Shown piece by piece: positions 38,516 to 49,630 of a stretch of DNA of 64,000 bases. Below the pieces are notes generated by a model. The model saw only the letters and a program-made list of their open reading frames with translations, was not told the origin of the DNA and did not search any database. The DNA lies in assembly GCF_004010195.1 (NCBI RefSeq), contig NC_057718.1:97028079-97092078 (forward strand). Reading direction: 5' to 3'. Within the stretch, counting starts at the first letter, position 1. Each line of letters begins with the position of its first letter. The DNA is from Chiloscyllium plagiosum. Taxonomy: Eukaryota. A program made the position numbers and the translations under genes.

Positions 38516-39988
38516 TATGAGCATAAAATGTGCAGTTGATTGGTGGTGCACTGCACTGTGAGTTCACTGCAGAGATTGTGCCAGACACAGACCAAGAAAT
38601 ACATGGCTTTCAATATCACCATCTACAGCTTCATTACACATTGAATCTCTCAGCTGATCACACTTTTGCGGCAGATTTACAATATTTCATTTGAGGGAAG
38701 GGAAATGGTCACAATGCTTTTGAGCTATGAGGTCTCAACATGATTTCCCAATCTGTCTCCTGAGTAAATTCATTATTACTTCAGTCTCATTTATTTGCAA
38801 AATTTATTCAAAGGCTGAGACCAAACCCATCTCCTTCCACTCCTTCAATTGCTAGTACTACCTCACGGACAGGATCTAACATTGTGTTTAATTGTTTAAC
38901 AAAGTTTTACATTGGTTTTCAGTCTCGATGAGGCACAGAGCTCACATTGTGGGGGACAACATATATTCATTTTAACAAAATAAAGGGTAACATTTCACTG
39001 CTCACCTCTACAACTGACCAGTGGTGGAAAGTTGCTCAGTGCTGAGCGATTGTCACAGTGGACAAGGCAAAGCTAGTTGGATTAAGGATGGCTTCATTGC
39101 CAAGTTATTAAGTATATTCAAGGTTGAGACAGATTTTTAATCACTAAGGGGGATGGAGAAAAGGTAGGAAAGTGGAGTTGGGGATTATCAGATCAGCCAT
39201 GTCTCATTGAATGGCGGAGCAGACTCGATGGGCTGAATGGCCTTCTTCTGCTTCTATGTCTTGTGACTTCAGGTCGGCGTATTTATGTAAAATTCTCAAA
39301 TTTGTCTCCATGTTGTGAGTGTTAATTGGGCATGCTCCCCTAGTTTTGACTGCGATGGCAGTGAGCAAGCCTGTTGTTTGTTCCAGTTGAGTTTGGCCGT
39401 ACACGTTTCAGAAGAATCCTCAGAGCACACGATTGTCCCCATCACCTTGAGAACTGAAATTTTGAGTGAACTCATTCGGTCAAAGTCTTGGGATCCATTT
39501 CTGGTTTTACTGAAAGTGATGGGTGACGGTTTACTTTATCAGCTAGCTCTGTCAATCGCACTGCAACTCGGGTTACACACCAGACAATTCCTTTTTAGTC
39601 TGCTGCCTGGCACCACCTGATGTCTGTCTCGCTTGGTTTGTGAGTGGGTCAAACTGGAATTACCATCGCCGCCTCCTCGATCAAGCAAGCCTCGTGTTGC
39701 CACGGCGATCAAGGCCTACATCCTTGATGCAGCATTTAGTTGCTGCTGAGCTGGAGCACCAGACAAAGAGAGATTTATAACCATTGATCCGTAAAGGGGT
39801 GCAGTAATGGAGGAAGGAAGATAAGTAACTGGAGATGAGTGGCTTCAGGGTGAGTCCACTGCTGGCATCTCAATGGTGTGCACTTTCCGTTCTCCTCCCC
39901 TTGGGTTGCACTCTATCCTCCTAAGATTCTTCCTGCTGCCCATGCTGGAGGCATTCCTGTTGCTCCCCCCTCACTGTCCTTTCCCAAC

Positions 39989-40190
39989 ATTGGAAGTCAC
40001 ATGACACCAGGTGATAACCCAACAAGTTTATTTAAAATTACAAGCTTTTGGAGCGCTGCTCCTTCACCTGACAAAAGGGGCAGTTCTTCGAAAGCTTGTG
40101 ATTTTAAATACACCTCTCAGACTGTAACCTGGTGTTGTGTGACTTTTGTCTTTGTCCACACCAGCCCAACACCACAGCACATCTACATCA
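39989..40190. mobile_element. Inverted terminal-repeat pair of a second Penelope family, degraded HHR
   Basis: aagtcacatgacaccagg... is the near reverse complement of ...cctggtgttgtgtgactt; central CTGACAAAAGGGGCAGTTCTTCGAAAGCTT; degenerate TSD 39975-39988 / 40191-40204. Confidence 0.7.
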
Positions 40191-40529
40191 TGTTCTTCCC
40201 CACCCAAGGAAAAACCAGCCTGAAACATAGTCATCTCTCCAGTCTTGTATACTTCAAAATGGAAGTCCAACATGGCCACGACCTTCATTTCTGATTATTC
40301 CTTCTTGAAACTGAGGTTTCAGTCTGGAGCCGATTGCCCATGAGCACCCATTTGGCTGCTTGTACCTCCCCTGGCCAATTTGCACATGCCAAGTGGGCAT
40401 TGTTGTCATTTTAGCCACTACCCTCCTGAAATGCAAGATCCAATGATCACCTCCAGCCCATTGAACAAAGGAGGAAATCAGCATGATCGCGGACCATGTT
40501 GCACTGACTCACTTACAGGAAGAGGAAGG

Positions 40530-40762
40530 TGTATACACACTCTCACATTCACTCTCATTTACAAACACATAACACTCACACTCTCACTCACGCACTCACT
40601 CTGTCTCACTCACACTCTCTTACTCTCTGTCTCTCACGCACACTCTCACACTCAATCTCTCACGCTCACGCTCACATACTCTCTCACGTGCACACACACA
40701 CACATATACATACACACACACACAGACACCTTCTCTCACACACACACCCTCTCACACTCTCA
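40530..40762. repeat. (CA)/(CT)-rich degenerate microsatellite
   Basis: Direct reading. Confidence 0.9.
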
Positions 40763-40849
40763 ATGGCTTAATGGCACGCACAAGACTTGTGAATCACTAA
40801 ATGGTCAAACCTGACCTGCCAATCCTCCCAGTGCACCTGTATCGGGTAG

Positions 40850-41476
40850 TGTCACAAAACTGGTCCTATTCCGAAAAGCTGGTCCTTCTTCTCAAGGATA
40901 TTGTGTCCTTGATATTTTTCAGTTGGGGTCATAAAACCGTACGGGCACCAAATCGGCTGAGTTGGTACAGAGATGAAAAAGGTATTGGGAGGCCTTTTTG
41001 TTTATATGTAAACAGATGAGACTTTAGGCCAAAGCTTTCAAGTTTTAGTAGTGACCTGTATAATGAAAGGGGAATGTTCAATCCTGATAGCTAAAGTTGT
41101 GGTTTTCAGTTCAGCAGTGGAGCTGTGTGGAAACAGGCTGCTAGACTCTCTCTCCTTCTGCCCTTCTAACTTGGACCAGTTTCAGTTTTACTCTATGTTT
41201 AAGGGGCTTGTTTATTGGGACTGTTGTGTAGTTTCGGAACAGCATAACTAAGTCTAGTTTGGATAGACTGAGTTCTGTGGGTATTCTGTATTTGGTTCTT
41301 TGTGTTTCATTCCGTAATTCGGTGAATAAAGGTTTGTCTGTTTTAAAACCTGGTAGTCAACATAGCTAACTTACTCCAGGTAATTTTCACTGTGCACTTA
41401 CTGAAACAGATAGCTAAGTTATGGTCTGGCCTGCCTGCTTAAGAATGCTTTGAGTGGCCTGGGCTAGTCCCTAACA
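40850..41476 (+). mobile_element. Solo LTR (Gypsy-like)
   Basis: TGTCA...TAACA termini, AATAAA at 41325-41330, flanks GTAG / GTGG as a 3-of-4 TSD. Confidence 0.55.
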
Positions 41477-41814
41477 GTGGGAAGCGTGGCAAAGTTTCCT
41501 ATTCAGCCAGAACAGAGTGGCAGCTAACTGCAGCACAATAGCACCCCTCCTACCCCCACAGTGTAAAAACCCCATGCATTAGCTTTTGTTGTGTGGAAGA
41601 GGCTCCCACACACAGTAAATGCCAAATATTCCGCATTGAACATTGAGCCTTGTATTGATCCCACAGGTGAAGTTGGGCCACTTAAAGTCATAGAGATGTA
41701 CAGCACGGAAACAGACCCTTCAATCCAACTCGTCCATGCCAACCAGGTGTCCTAAATTAATCTAGTTCCATTTGCAAGCACATGGCTCAGTTACTTGTTC
41801 TTTTTGAATAAATG

Positions 41815-42318
41815 AATGTTTTTATTGTCACATGTATTTTGGAAAATGCAGTTTTGTCGCCACAATCCAGCGCCATTTTGGACGACAAAATGAAAGAAAA
41901 AAATTACTTCAATACAACTTCATCTTCTGTTCAATTAACAGACAAATATAAAGGCAGTAAAGTAAGGAATGTTTGACTTTACAGTCCTTCTCGCCAAACA
42001 TGGCTCCAGTCTTTCTCCTGGTCTCCAGGGTTTCTGTAAGTGTTCCCGTCTCCAGGGTTTCTGTAAAGTGTTCCAGCCTCCAGGCTGAAACGGGGGCCTG
42101 GTCTAGGTCTAGCCAATGCCCCAGGAGTTCCCAGCTCTTTACCCACATCAACATGAGTCTCTCTCCAGCCTCCTCCACAATGACACCTCTTCGGCCACTG
42201 ACCAGAAGAGAAAGAAAGGAAAGACAAAAAGGAAAGAGAAAGAGAGATGTGGATGACCTGGAGTGGACGGGCCCAGAATCTCCAGACCACTGTCTACCTG
42301 GCCGGTGCCGCCATCTTG
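41815..42318 (-). mobile_element. YY1-headed, Rex1-tailed non-autonomous element (diverged copy)
   Basis: GCCGCCATCTTG at 42307-42318; tttattgtcacatgta tail; internal ~27-bp repeat ctccagggtttctgtaagtgttcc. Confidence 0.6.
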
Positions 42319-43177
42319 TTTATTTATGTTATATTCTCAGCAGCGACATTGTCGGATCAGGCAGCACTGAAGACGGCCATTGTGCTTCTGCCATCTCTTT
42401 GAAGGAACTATCCTCCAAATTATTTCAATTCTCTTCTGAAAAAGACAAATACCAGGCTTGAAACCAAAGTTCTGTTTCTCTCTCCACTGATTATGCTAGA
42501 CCTGCTGAGTTTCTCCAGCATTCGGTGTTGGTCTCCTGTTATTCCTGTTCCCCCAGCTCACTGTGTTTCTTTTTCAAAGATCTTCCAATTCACTCTTGAA
42601 ATTTGTTTTTTTTAAGCCACTTTTTTTTCACTTAAGCTGTTGTTATTCTGGTGCACCGTAACACTTTCATTCCAAGGACTTTTTAGCAAACTGCTGTAAC
42701 TCTGTGGAAATCAGTCACAGCCATCTGGACCCTCAAAGTTAATTGAAAGTAGTCTGAAGATTTGCTGCAAATATTACGGGAGCCATAAATTCTATTCAGT
42801 TTGCCATCTGTCTGTGCCGATTCCTGTAAATACATCAGCGCTAATATAATTACGAGATGTTTATGATCATACATCTGCCATTAATCTGATTGTAAGTGGC
42901 AGTTAGGGAATCTGTCTCCGATGGTGAACATCCATGATCGAAGGTAAATGTAGGAGAGTTAGGCTTTGGAGCGTTGCAAAGCGAGAGGGTTTGGGCTTGC
43001 GGACTCGCTGTCCATTTAGAAGAGTCAATCCCGTAGAAATAATGAAGCTGACATGATTGGTTGTCATGCATCCTAAACCGTACAATCTCGATATTCCTAG
43101 ATTGATCCCTGCTTCCTGCTTCATTGACTCTGTGAATCTCACATTTTAACCTCTGTCGACAGAGAAAGAAATAAAAC

Positions 43178-43660
43178 ATGGCTCAGTGGTTAGCACTGCT
43201 GCCTCACTGCGCTGGGGACCCAGGTTCGCATTCCATCCTCAGGCAATTATTTGTGTGGAGTTTGTACATTCTCCCTGTGTCTGCATGGGTTTCCTCCTGG
43301 TTCTCTGGTTTCCTCCAACAGTTAGTCTGCCATGGTGGGATTTGAACCCGCGTGCCCAGAACATTACATGGGTTGCTGGATCAATAGTCTAGTGATAACG
43401 CCATTTGCTCATTGTTACCTTATATTTACCTGCCCATTCGGGACAACAAGTGGATATCGTTGAGTTTGGTGATGTTGAAGTGTAAGTTAGATGGATTGGC
43501 AAAGCCGAATTGTCCAAGGCTGTGTAGGCTAGGTGTATTGGCCAAGGGCAATACAGGGTTACAGGGATAGGGTGGGGAGTGGGTCTGGGTGGGATGCTGT
43601 TTGGAGGTTCGGAGTGGATTTGATGGGCTGAATGGCCTGCTTCCACACTGTAGGGACTTA
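43178..43660 (+). mobile_element. HE1-like SINE interrupted by a locally templated ~155-bp insert
   Basis: SINE head 43178-43322 and tail 43481-43660. Confidence 0.8.
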
Positions 43661-43714
43661 TGAGTCTAAAAGACAAATGCACTTGGTTCTATTGCTGCTG
43701 ATTTTTTAAAAACT

Positions 43715-44010
43715 TTTTTTATTTATTCATGTGATGTGGGCACCTTTGGCTCGGCTAGCGTTTATTTCCCGGGAGCAGTTAGGAGCCAACCACTTTGCTG
43801 TGAGTTTGGCGTCACATGTAGGCCAGCTGGCACTTTTCCTTCTCTAAAGGACATTAACGAACCAGATGACAATTAACCATTACACTCTTAATTGCATTTT
43901 CTTGAAAATAATTTTAATCTGCCACAGTGGGATTTGAACCCAGATGCCCAGAACATTACGTGGGTTTCTGGATGAATAGCCTAGTGATAACGCCACTTGC
44001 CCATTGCCTC
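43715..44010 (-). mobile_element. SINE family B copy
   Basis: Reverse complement similar to 62298-62635. Confidence 0.7.
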
Positions 44011-44389
44011 CTTCATTGTTACCTGATATTTACCTGCCCATTAGGGACAACAAGAGGATATCATTGAGTTTGGCTGTGCTGAAACTTCCAGTGTTTTATG
44101 AGCAAAGAGAGATGGGAACGTTGTATTTATCCTGAAATAGAACTTTAACTGGATTGTATTTCTCAGTATAATTCATCCCTTCAGGTTATTCATCATCCTT
44201 TGAACCCTAGAAATGATACAACACAGAAGAAAGCCATTCAAACCATGTTGTCCATGTCTGTTTTCATTCCTATTTCATTAAGATGCTTTAGGTTAGTATG
44301 AACAGCAGCAACGAGAATGGCCTGTTTTCCTGCTGTAAGTTAACCGTGCGTTCCTGCAAAGGAAGGAATGACTGGACACCATCATTGTC

Positions 44390-44735
44390 TCTCCAAGAGT
44401 TTTTCAGCCCAGTTTGTTGGTCAGTCTCTGGCTCTTGTTTCCTCTGGCTTGCATTTCTCTGGCTTAATTTGTGAGGAGGCCCTTGAATCAATTGTTCTGA
44501 GAATGTGCCCATTGTGAGTCCATCTTGACCCCCATGTTGGTATAATCGGTGTTGGTACTTATGCCATCTCAAGTTTGTCACTTCGAGGATCTGTTGCGGG
44601 TATGTATCCAGGAAGTGGTTGAGTGGTTTTAAATGGCTGTCCCATTTCCATGTTTCCAATGCATATCGCAGCACAACGTGTATATGAACCACATACACGT
44701 TGCTCTTAAAAATACTCAGCTGAGCCTTTTCCACA
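44390..44735 (-). mobile_element. RTE-clade LINE C-terminal remnant
   Basis: LSIFKS...VLRYALETWK...HLKPLNHF...QQIL resembles the RTE LLYGSETW...LE.F...CLR.IL motif. Confidence 0.55.
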
Positions 44736-44769
44736 ATTGCATTTGATTTATAAGTTCAGTCAAGTATTT

Positions 44770-45520
44770 AGAGTCATAGGGATGTACAGCGCAGAAACAG
44801 ACCCTTTGGTCCAACTCTTCCATGCTGACCAGATATCCTAAATTAATCTAGTCCCATCCAGATGCCTTCTAAATGTTGTAATTGTCCCAGCCTCTGTCAC
44901 TTCCTCTGGCAGCTCATTCCATACATGCACCACCCTCTGCATAAGAAAGTTACCCCTTCGGTCCGTTTTTATATTTTTCCCCTCTCACCCTAAACCTCTA
45001 GCTTTAGACCCCTCCATCCCAGGAAAATGTCCATTCACCCTCCATGCCCTTCATGATTTTATAAACCTCTAAAAGGTTGCCCCTCAGCCTTTGACACTCC
45101 AGGGAAAACAGCCCCAACCTGTTCAGCCTCTCCCTTTTGCTCAAACCCTCCAACCCTGGCGACATCCTTGTGAATTGTTTCTGAACCCATTCAAGTTTCA
45201 CAACATCCTTTTGATAGAAGGGAGACCAGAATTGAACACAGTATTCCAAAAGTGGCTTATCCAATATATAGCCACAACACGACCTCCCAATTCCTATACT
45301 CAATGCACTCACCAATAAAGATAAAGCATACCAATTGCCTTCTTCATTATCCTATCTATTTGGGCTCCAGTTTCAAAGAACTATGAACTTGTATTCCAAG
45401 GTTTCTTTGTGCAGCAACACCCCCCCCCAAGATTTGCCTTTCCAAAATGCAACACCTCACATTTACCTGAATTAAACTCTATCTGCCACTCCTCAACCTA
45501 TTGGCCCATCTGATCAAAGT
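44770..45520 (-). mobile_element. CR1 LINE fragment
   Basis: PLLEYCVQFWSPFYQKDVVKLEWVQKQFTRMSPGLEGLS. Confidence 0.9.
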
Positions 45521-45521
45521 C

Positions 45522-45560
45522 AGCTTTGACAAAGGGTCAGTTAGACTCGAAACGTCAGCT
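45522..45560 (+). ncRNA. Putative minimal hammerhead ribozyme with U3-A8 covariation
   Basis: AGCT-TTGACAA-A-GGGTC-AGTTA-GACTC-GAAA-C-GTC-AGCT: 4-bp stem I, 5-bp stem II, GUC cleavage triplet, ACGU palindrome in place of stem III. Confidence 0.65.
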
Positions 45561-45659
45561 CTTTTCTCTCCTTACAGATGCTGCCAGACCTGCTGAGATT
45601 TTCCAGCATTTTCTCTTTTGGTTTCAGGCTCCAGCATCTGCAGTAATTTGCTTTTATTT
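45522..45659 (+). mobile_element. 138-bp solo Penelope-type terminal repeat with a perfect 11-bp TSD
   Basis: TGATCAAAGTC at 45511-45521 and 45660-45670; body cagatgctgccagacctgctgagattttccagca. Confidence 0.85.
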
Positions 45660-46471
45660 TGATCAAAGTCCTGAGGTAATTTTTTTGTTGTCCAGTGTAC
45701 CAGCTAAATGTGCAGTCTCACTCATCTGATACCTCACCGCCTATCTAATTCAAAGGACATGTAGTTTGCAATGATTCCCCTTTGTCTGTATTTTTATCAC
45801 ACTCCCTTTGATTGCATGTGCATTGATGTAATTAACAAACCTAGGTGGCATCTCATCAAGTTGACAATCCGTGTACGCAGCATCCACTGTATTTCTTTTC
45901 CAGATGTTCTTCCATTTGCTCTTCAAGTAATTTAAAATTATTCAATATGGCGTATTCTCTCCAAATCTGTGTTGGCTGTTTTTAATGAGCCCCTGTCCTT
46001 GGAAATGTTCATTATGTTTGAACAGATCATGCTCTCCAGACACCCATTGCCATTTGATTGTTTTCTTTCCTGTTGAGTTGACTGTGTTTTCCTTTTCTGA
46101 GCACAGTGTTAGAATGGCACCATTCCAGTCTTATTGCAGCTTCCAAGCTTGTCACTGTCTGAAAGGTTGTGATTGGAGCCTTATAATTCCCTTCCTGACT
46201 TCCTGGATTGCATGTGATCAGAATCCACTTCCTTTTTTTGCTGTGGCTTGCCAATGTTTCCAGTATTTCCTTGTTGTCAACCCATCCAAGTATTTGACTC
46301 TGTCCTATTGCATTTGTTTACACCCAACAACAAAGTTTTTCCACCACCATTGAGACTAAGGATACATTTATTAGCCCTCCCACTTTTCCATAAGATTCAC
46401 TTTTATCCCAAGATTTCTTTCACTTCCTTTTTTTTTGTTGATAAGATTTTATCCATGGTCAACCTGGAAGA

Positions 46472-46968
46472 ATCTAGATTAGATTCCCTACAGTATGGAA
46501 ACAGGTCCTTCGGCCCAACAAGTCCACACTGACCCTCCGAAGGGTACCCCGCCCAGACCCATTCCTCCATACTTACCCCGACTAATGTACCTAACATTAT
46601 GGGCAATTTTACATGGTCAGTTCACCTGACCTGCACATCTTTTGGATTGTGGGAGGAGACCAGAGCACCCCCACGCTGACATAGGGAGAACATGCAAACT
46701 CCACACAGACAGTCAACTGCGGTTGGAATTGAACCTGGGTCTCTAGTGCTGTGAAGCAGCAGTGCTAACCACTGAGCCATGGTGCCACCCGAATCATAGA
46801 ATCCCTACAGTGTGAAAACAGGCCATTTGGCCCAACAAGTCCACACTGACCCAGACCCATTCCCCTACTGTATAACTCTACATTTACCCCTGGCTAATGC
46901 ACCCAGCCTACACATCATTGAGCACAATGGGCGATTGACCTCACCTGCACATCTTTGGATTGTGGGAT
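46472..46968 (-). mobile_element. Two adjacent HE1-like SINEs (one full, one 3' partial)
   Basis: 46472-46790 full copy; 46792-46968 tail only. Confidence 0.85.
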
Positions 46969-47422
46969 CTTAAATTCCATCCTCTGTAGATTTCTTTTAC
47001 TTCTGCTACTTTCCTTTGTCATCTCCCTTGTCCTCTCCCAATTCCACAAAGAAGGAGAACTTTGAGGAACAGGGAAGGATAAAGTGAGCATTGGTTGAAG
47101 CCAAGATGTAGGCAGACACTGGGGTAAAGTACTGATGTTAATAACATCTGGGGAGGAGTTACCATCGATCAGAAACTGAATTGGTCGAGCCACAGAATTA
47201 CTGTCACTGCAAGAGCAGGTTAGAGCCTCGGAGTGAGCTGCTCATCTCCTCCCTCCCCACATCCTGTTGGCATGTCACAAGGGGGAATGGAGGGTTCACT
47301 GAAAGAGTGTATCTCCAACAACACTCAAGAAGCTGGACACCATCTATTATAATGTAGCCTCGTTGTCAGTCCATCCATCACCTTCAAAGTTCAAGGCCTT
47401 CTGGACTGGCCAAGTAGCAGCA

Positions 47423-47562
47423 AAGTTAAAAATCACGCAAAAACCTTCAGTTAGCAGGGCTCCGAAAGCTAGTGCTTCCAACTGAAACTGTTGGACTATA
47501 ACCCGGTGTTGTGTAATGTTTAACTTTGCCCACTCCAGTCCAACACTGGCTCCTCCACAACA
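47423..47562 (+). mobile_element. Penelope terminal-repeat remnant inside a LINE fragment (~47320-47910)
   Basis: gctccGAAAGCTAgtgc...ctgttggactataacc; degenerate direct repeat agtagcagca / aggagcagca. Confidence 0.6.
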
Positions 47563-48014
47563 CAGGAGCAGCAGTGTGTACAGCCTAGAAGGTGCACCTT
47601 AGCAGCTCAACGCAAGCTCCTTTGTCAGCGCTTTCCAAACCTACAACCTTTACTGTCTGGGAGGGGACACGAGCAGCCGGCATTTGGCAACACCACCATC
47701 TGCAAGTTCTCCTCCATGCCCCACACCACGCAGCTTGGAAATTTATCACCGTTCCTTCAATGTCCCTGGATCAATCATGTCCATCAGCACTCCAGGTGAT
47801 CCTAAACACGAAGGACTGCAGCAGTTCAAACTGTGGCTGCACCACTACCTTCTCCAGGACAGTTTGGAAACTGGTCTCCATGCCAGTGATGTCTAGACTC
47901 ATGAACAAACGTTTTAGAACTGCCTGAAAACCCTGCATTCCTGGACAAATGCATTGGTGCTGTGATCATGGTGGGAATGTGCTTTCGTCTGTTCCAGTGT
48001 CTAGATTATTGATT

Positions 48015-48645
48015 TTTCATTTGATTTATTATTGTCACATGTACCTAGGTACAGATAAATGTTTTGTTTTGAGTGCAGTACAGTCAGATCTTATCATACA
48101 AAGATCATAGGGTGATCAAACAGACCAAGAATTACAAAGTTACAGCTGCAAAGAAGGTGCACAAAACGCAAGATCGACATTAGATTTGAAGTTTGAGAGG
48201 TCCTTTCAGACGTCTAGTAACAGCGGGTAAGAAGCTGTTCTTAAACCTGTTGGTGCGCGTGTTTGAGCTTTTGCATGTTCTGCCTGATGGAAGAGGTTGG
48301 AAGAGGTTAGAATTGGACTGGCAGGGGTCTTTGATGATGTGGCTGCCTTTCCGAGGTTGCGGGAAGTGCAGATGGAGCCAATGGATGGAAGGTTGGTTTG
48401 TGTGATGGAGTGGTCTGTTTTCACAACTCTCTGTAGTTTATTATGGTCCTGACTGAACAGTTGCTGTACCAAGCTGTGATGCATCCAAATAGAATGCTTT
48501 CTGTGGCGCATCTGTAAAAGTTGGTGAGGGCCCTTTTGGACATGCTGAATTTCCTTAGCTTCCTGAGGAAGAAGAGGCGTTGTTTGCCTTCTTGACCTTT
48601 GCATCTATGTGGGTGGTCCAGGGCAGATTGTCGGTGATCATCTTG
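48015..48645 (-). mobile_element. Rex1/Babar-type LINE 3' fragment
   Basis: QRLFFLRKLRKFSMSKRALTNFYRCATESILFGCITAWYSNCS and KLQRVVKT...ITQTNLPSI. Confidence 0.9.
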
Positions 48646-48786
48646 CAGCAATGGTACTCAGTTGAGTGTGGTGCGGAATGTCAGATGTCCAATTGCGTGG
48701 TGTAGCTCTGTTTATGGGAGGGGGCTGAAGGATGAAGATGTCATCAATTTTGTGCTTACATTTTTCATTAAAGTACCGACTCTTAC

Positions 48787-49170
48787 TGTCAGCCATAGCT
48801 CAGTGGGTAGCGTCTCTGTCTCAGAGCCAGGAGGTTCTGCGTTCGAGAATGGAAAACTAATGAAGAGGCCTGAACTCCAGTCCTGAGGAATTGCCGCACT
48901 GTCAGGAATGTTGTCTTCCCTCACAACTGGATGTGCAAGACCTCCATGGCACTACTTTTCACCAGAGTCTACGAGTTAACCCCAGCCTTTTATTTATCCC
49001 GCAAACACAAATGAACAGCTCACCCAGTCAGTCAGACTTTGCTATCTGTGGGAGCATGCTGTGCTCAGATTGGCTGCCACATTTCCTGCATTACTTGAGT
49101 GACTGCACATCCAAAGTTCCTGACTGTAAGGCGCTTAGAAACATCCTGTGATCATGCAAGCTTGATCCTT
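48787..49170 (+). mobile_element. DeuSINE (SacSINE1-like)
   Basis: tRNA-like head (TAGCTCAGTGG A box, GTTCGAGA B-box-like) plus Deu-domain-like ctgtgggagcatgctgtgctcagattggctgcc. Confidence 0.6.
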
Positions 49171-49179
49171 TTTTTCTGG

Positions 49180-49630
49180 TAATTCATTGGATGTAGTGTT
49201 ATTGGCTTGGCCTGCATTTATTACCCTTCCCTAATTGCTCAGAGGGTAGTTAAGAGTTACAGAATCATAGAATCCCTACAGTGTGGAAACAGGCGGTTTG
49301 GCCCAACAAATCCACACTGACTCTTCCAACAGTAACCCACCCAGACCCATTCTCCTACTCTATTGTTCTACATTTCCCCTGATTGTTTGCTGTGGGTCTG
49401 GAATCACGTGTAGGCCAGACCAAGTAAAGATGACAGTTCTGTTCCCTTAGTGACGTTAATGAACCAGATGGGCTTTTCCAACAATAAACAATGGTCATCA
49501 TTAGTCTGTTAATTCCAGATGTTTTATTACTGAATTCAAATTCCACCATCTGCTGTGGTACAATTCAAATCTGGGTGGCTGGAACACTGCCTGGATTAAT
49601 CAGCTAGTGATAATACCACTAGGCCATCAT
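49180..49630 (-). mobile_element. SINE family B copy interrupted by an HE1 tail fragment (49260-49380)
   Basis: Similarity to 62298-62635 resumes after 49385. Confidence 0.7.

Noticed and set aside
40380..40814. His/Thr/Leu-rich ORFs
   Set aside because: Translation of a CA/CT microsatellite
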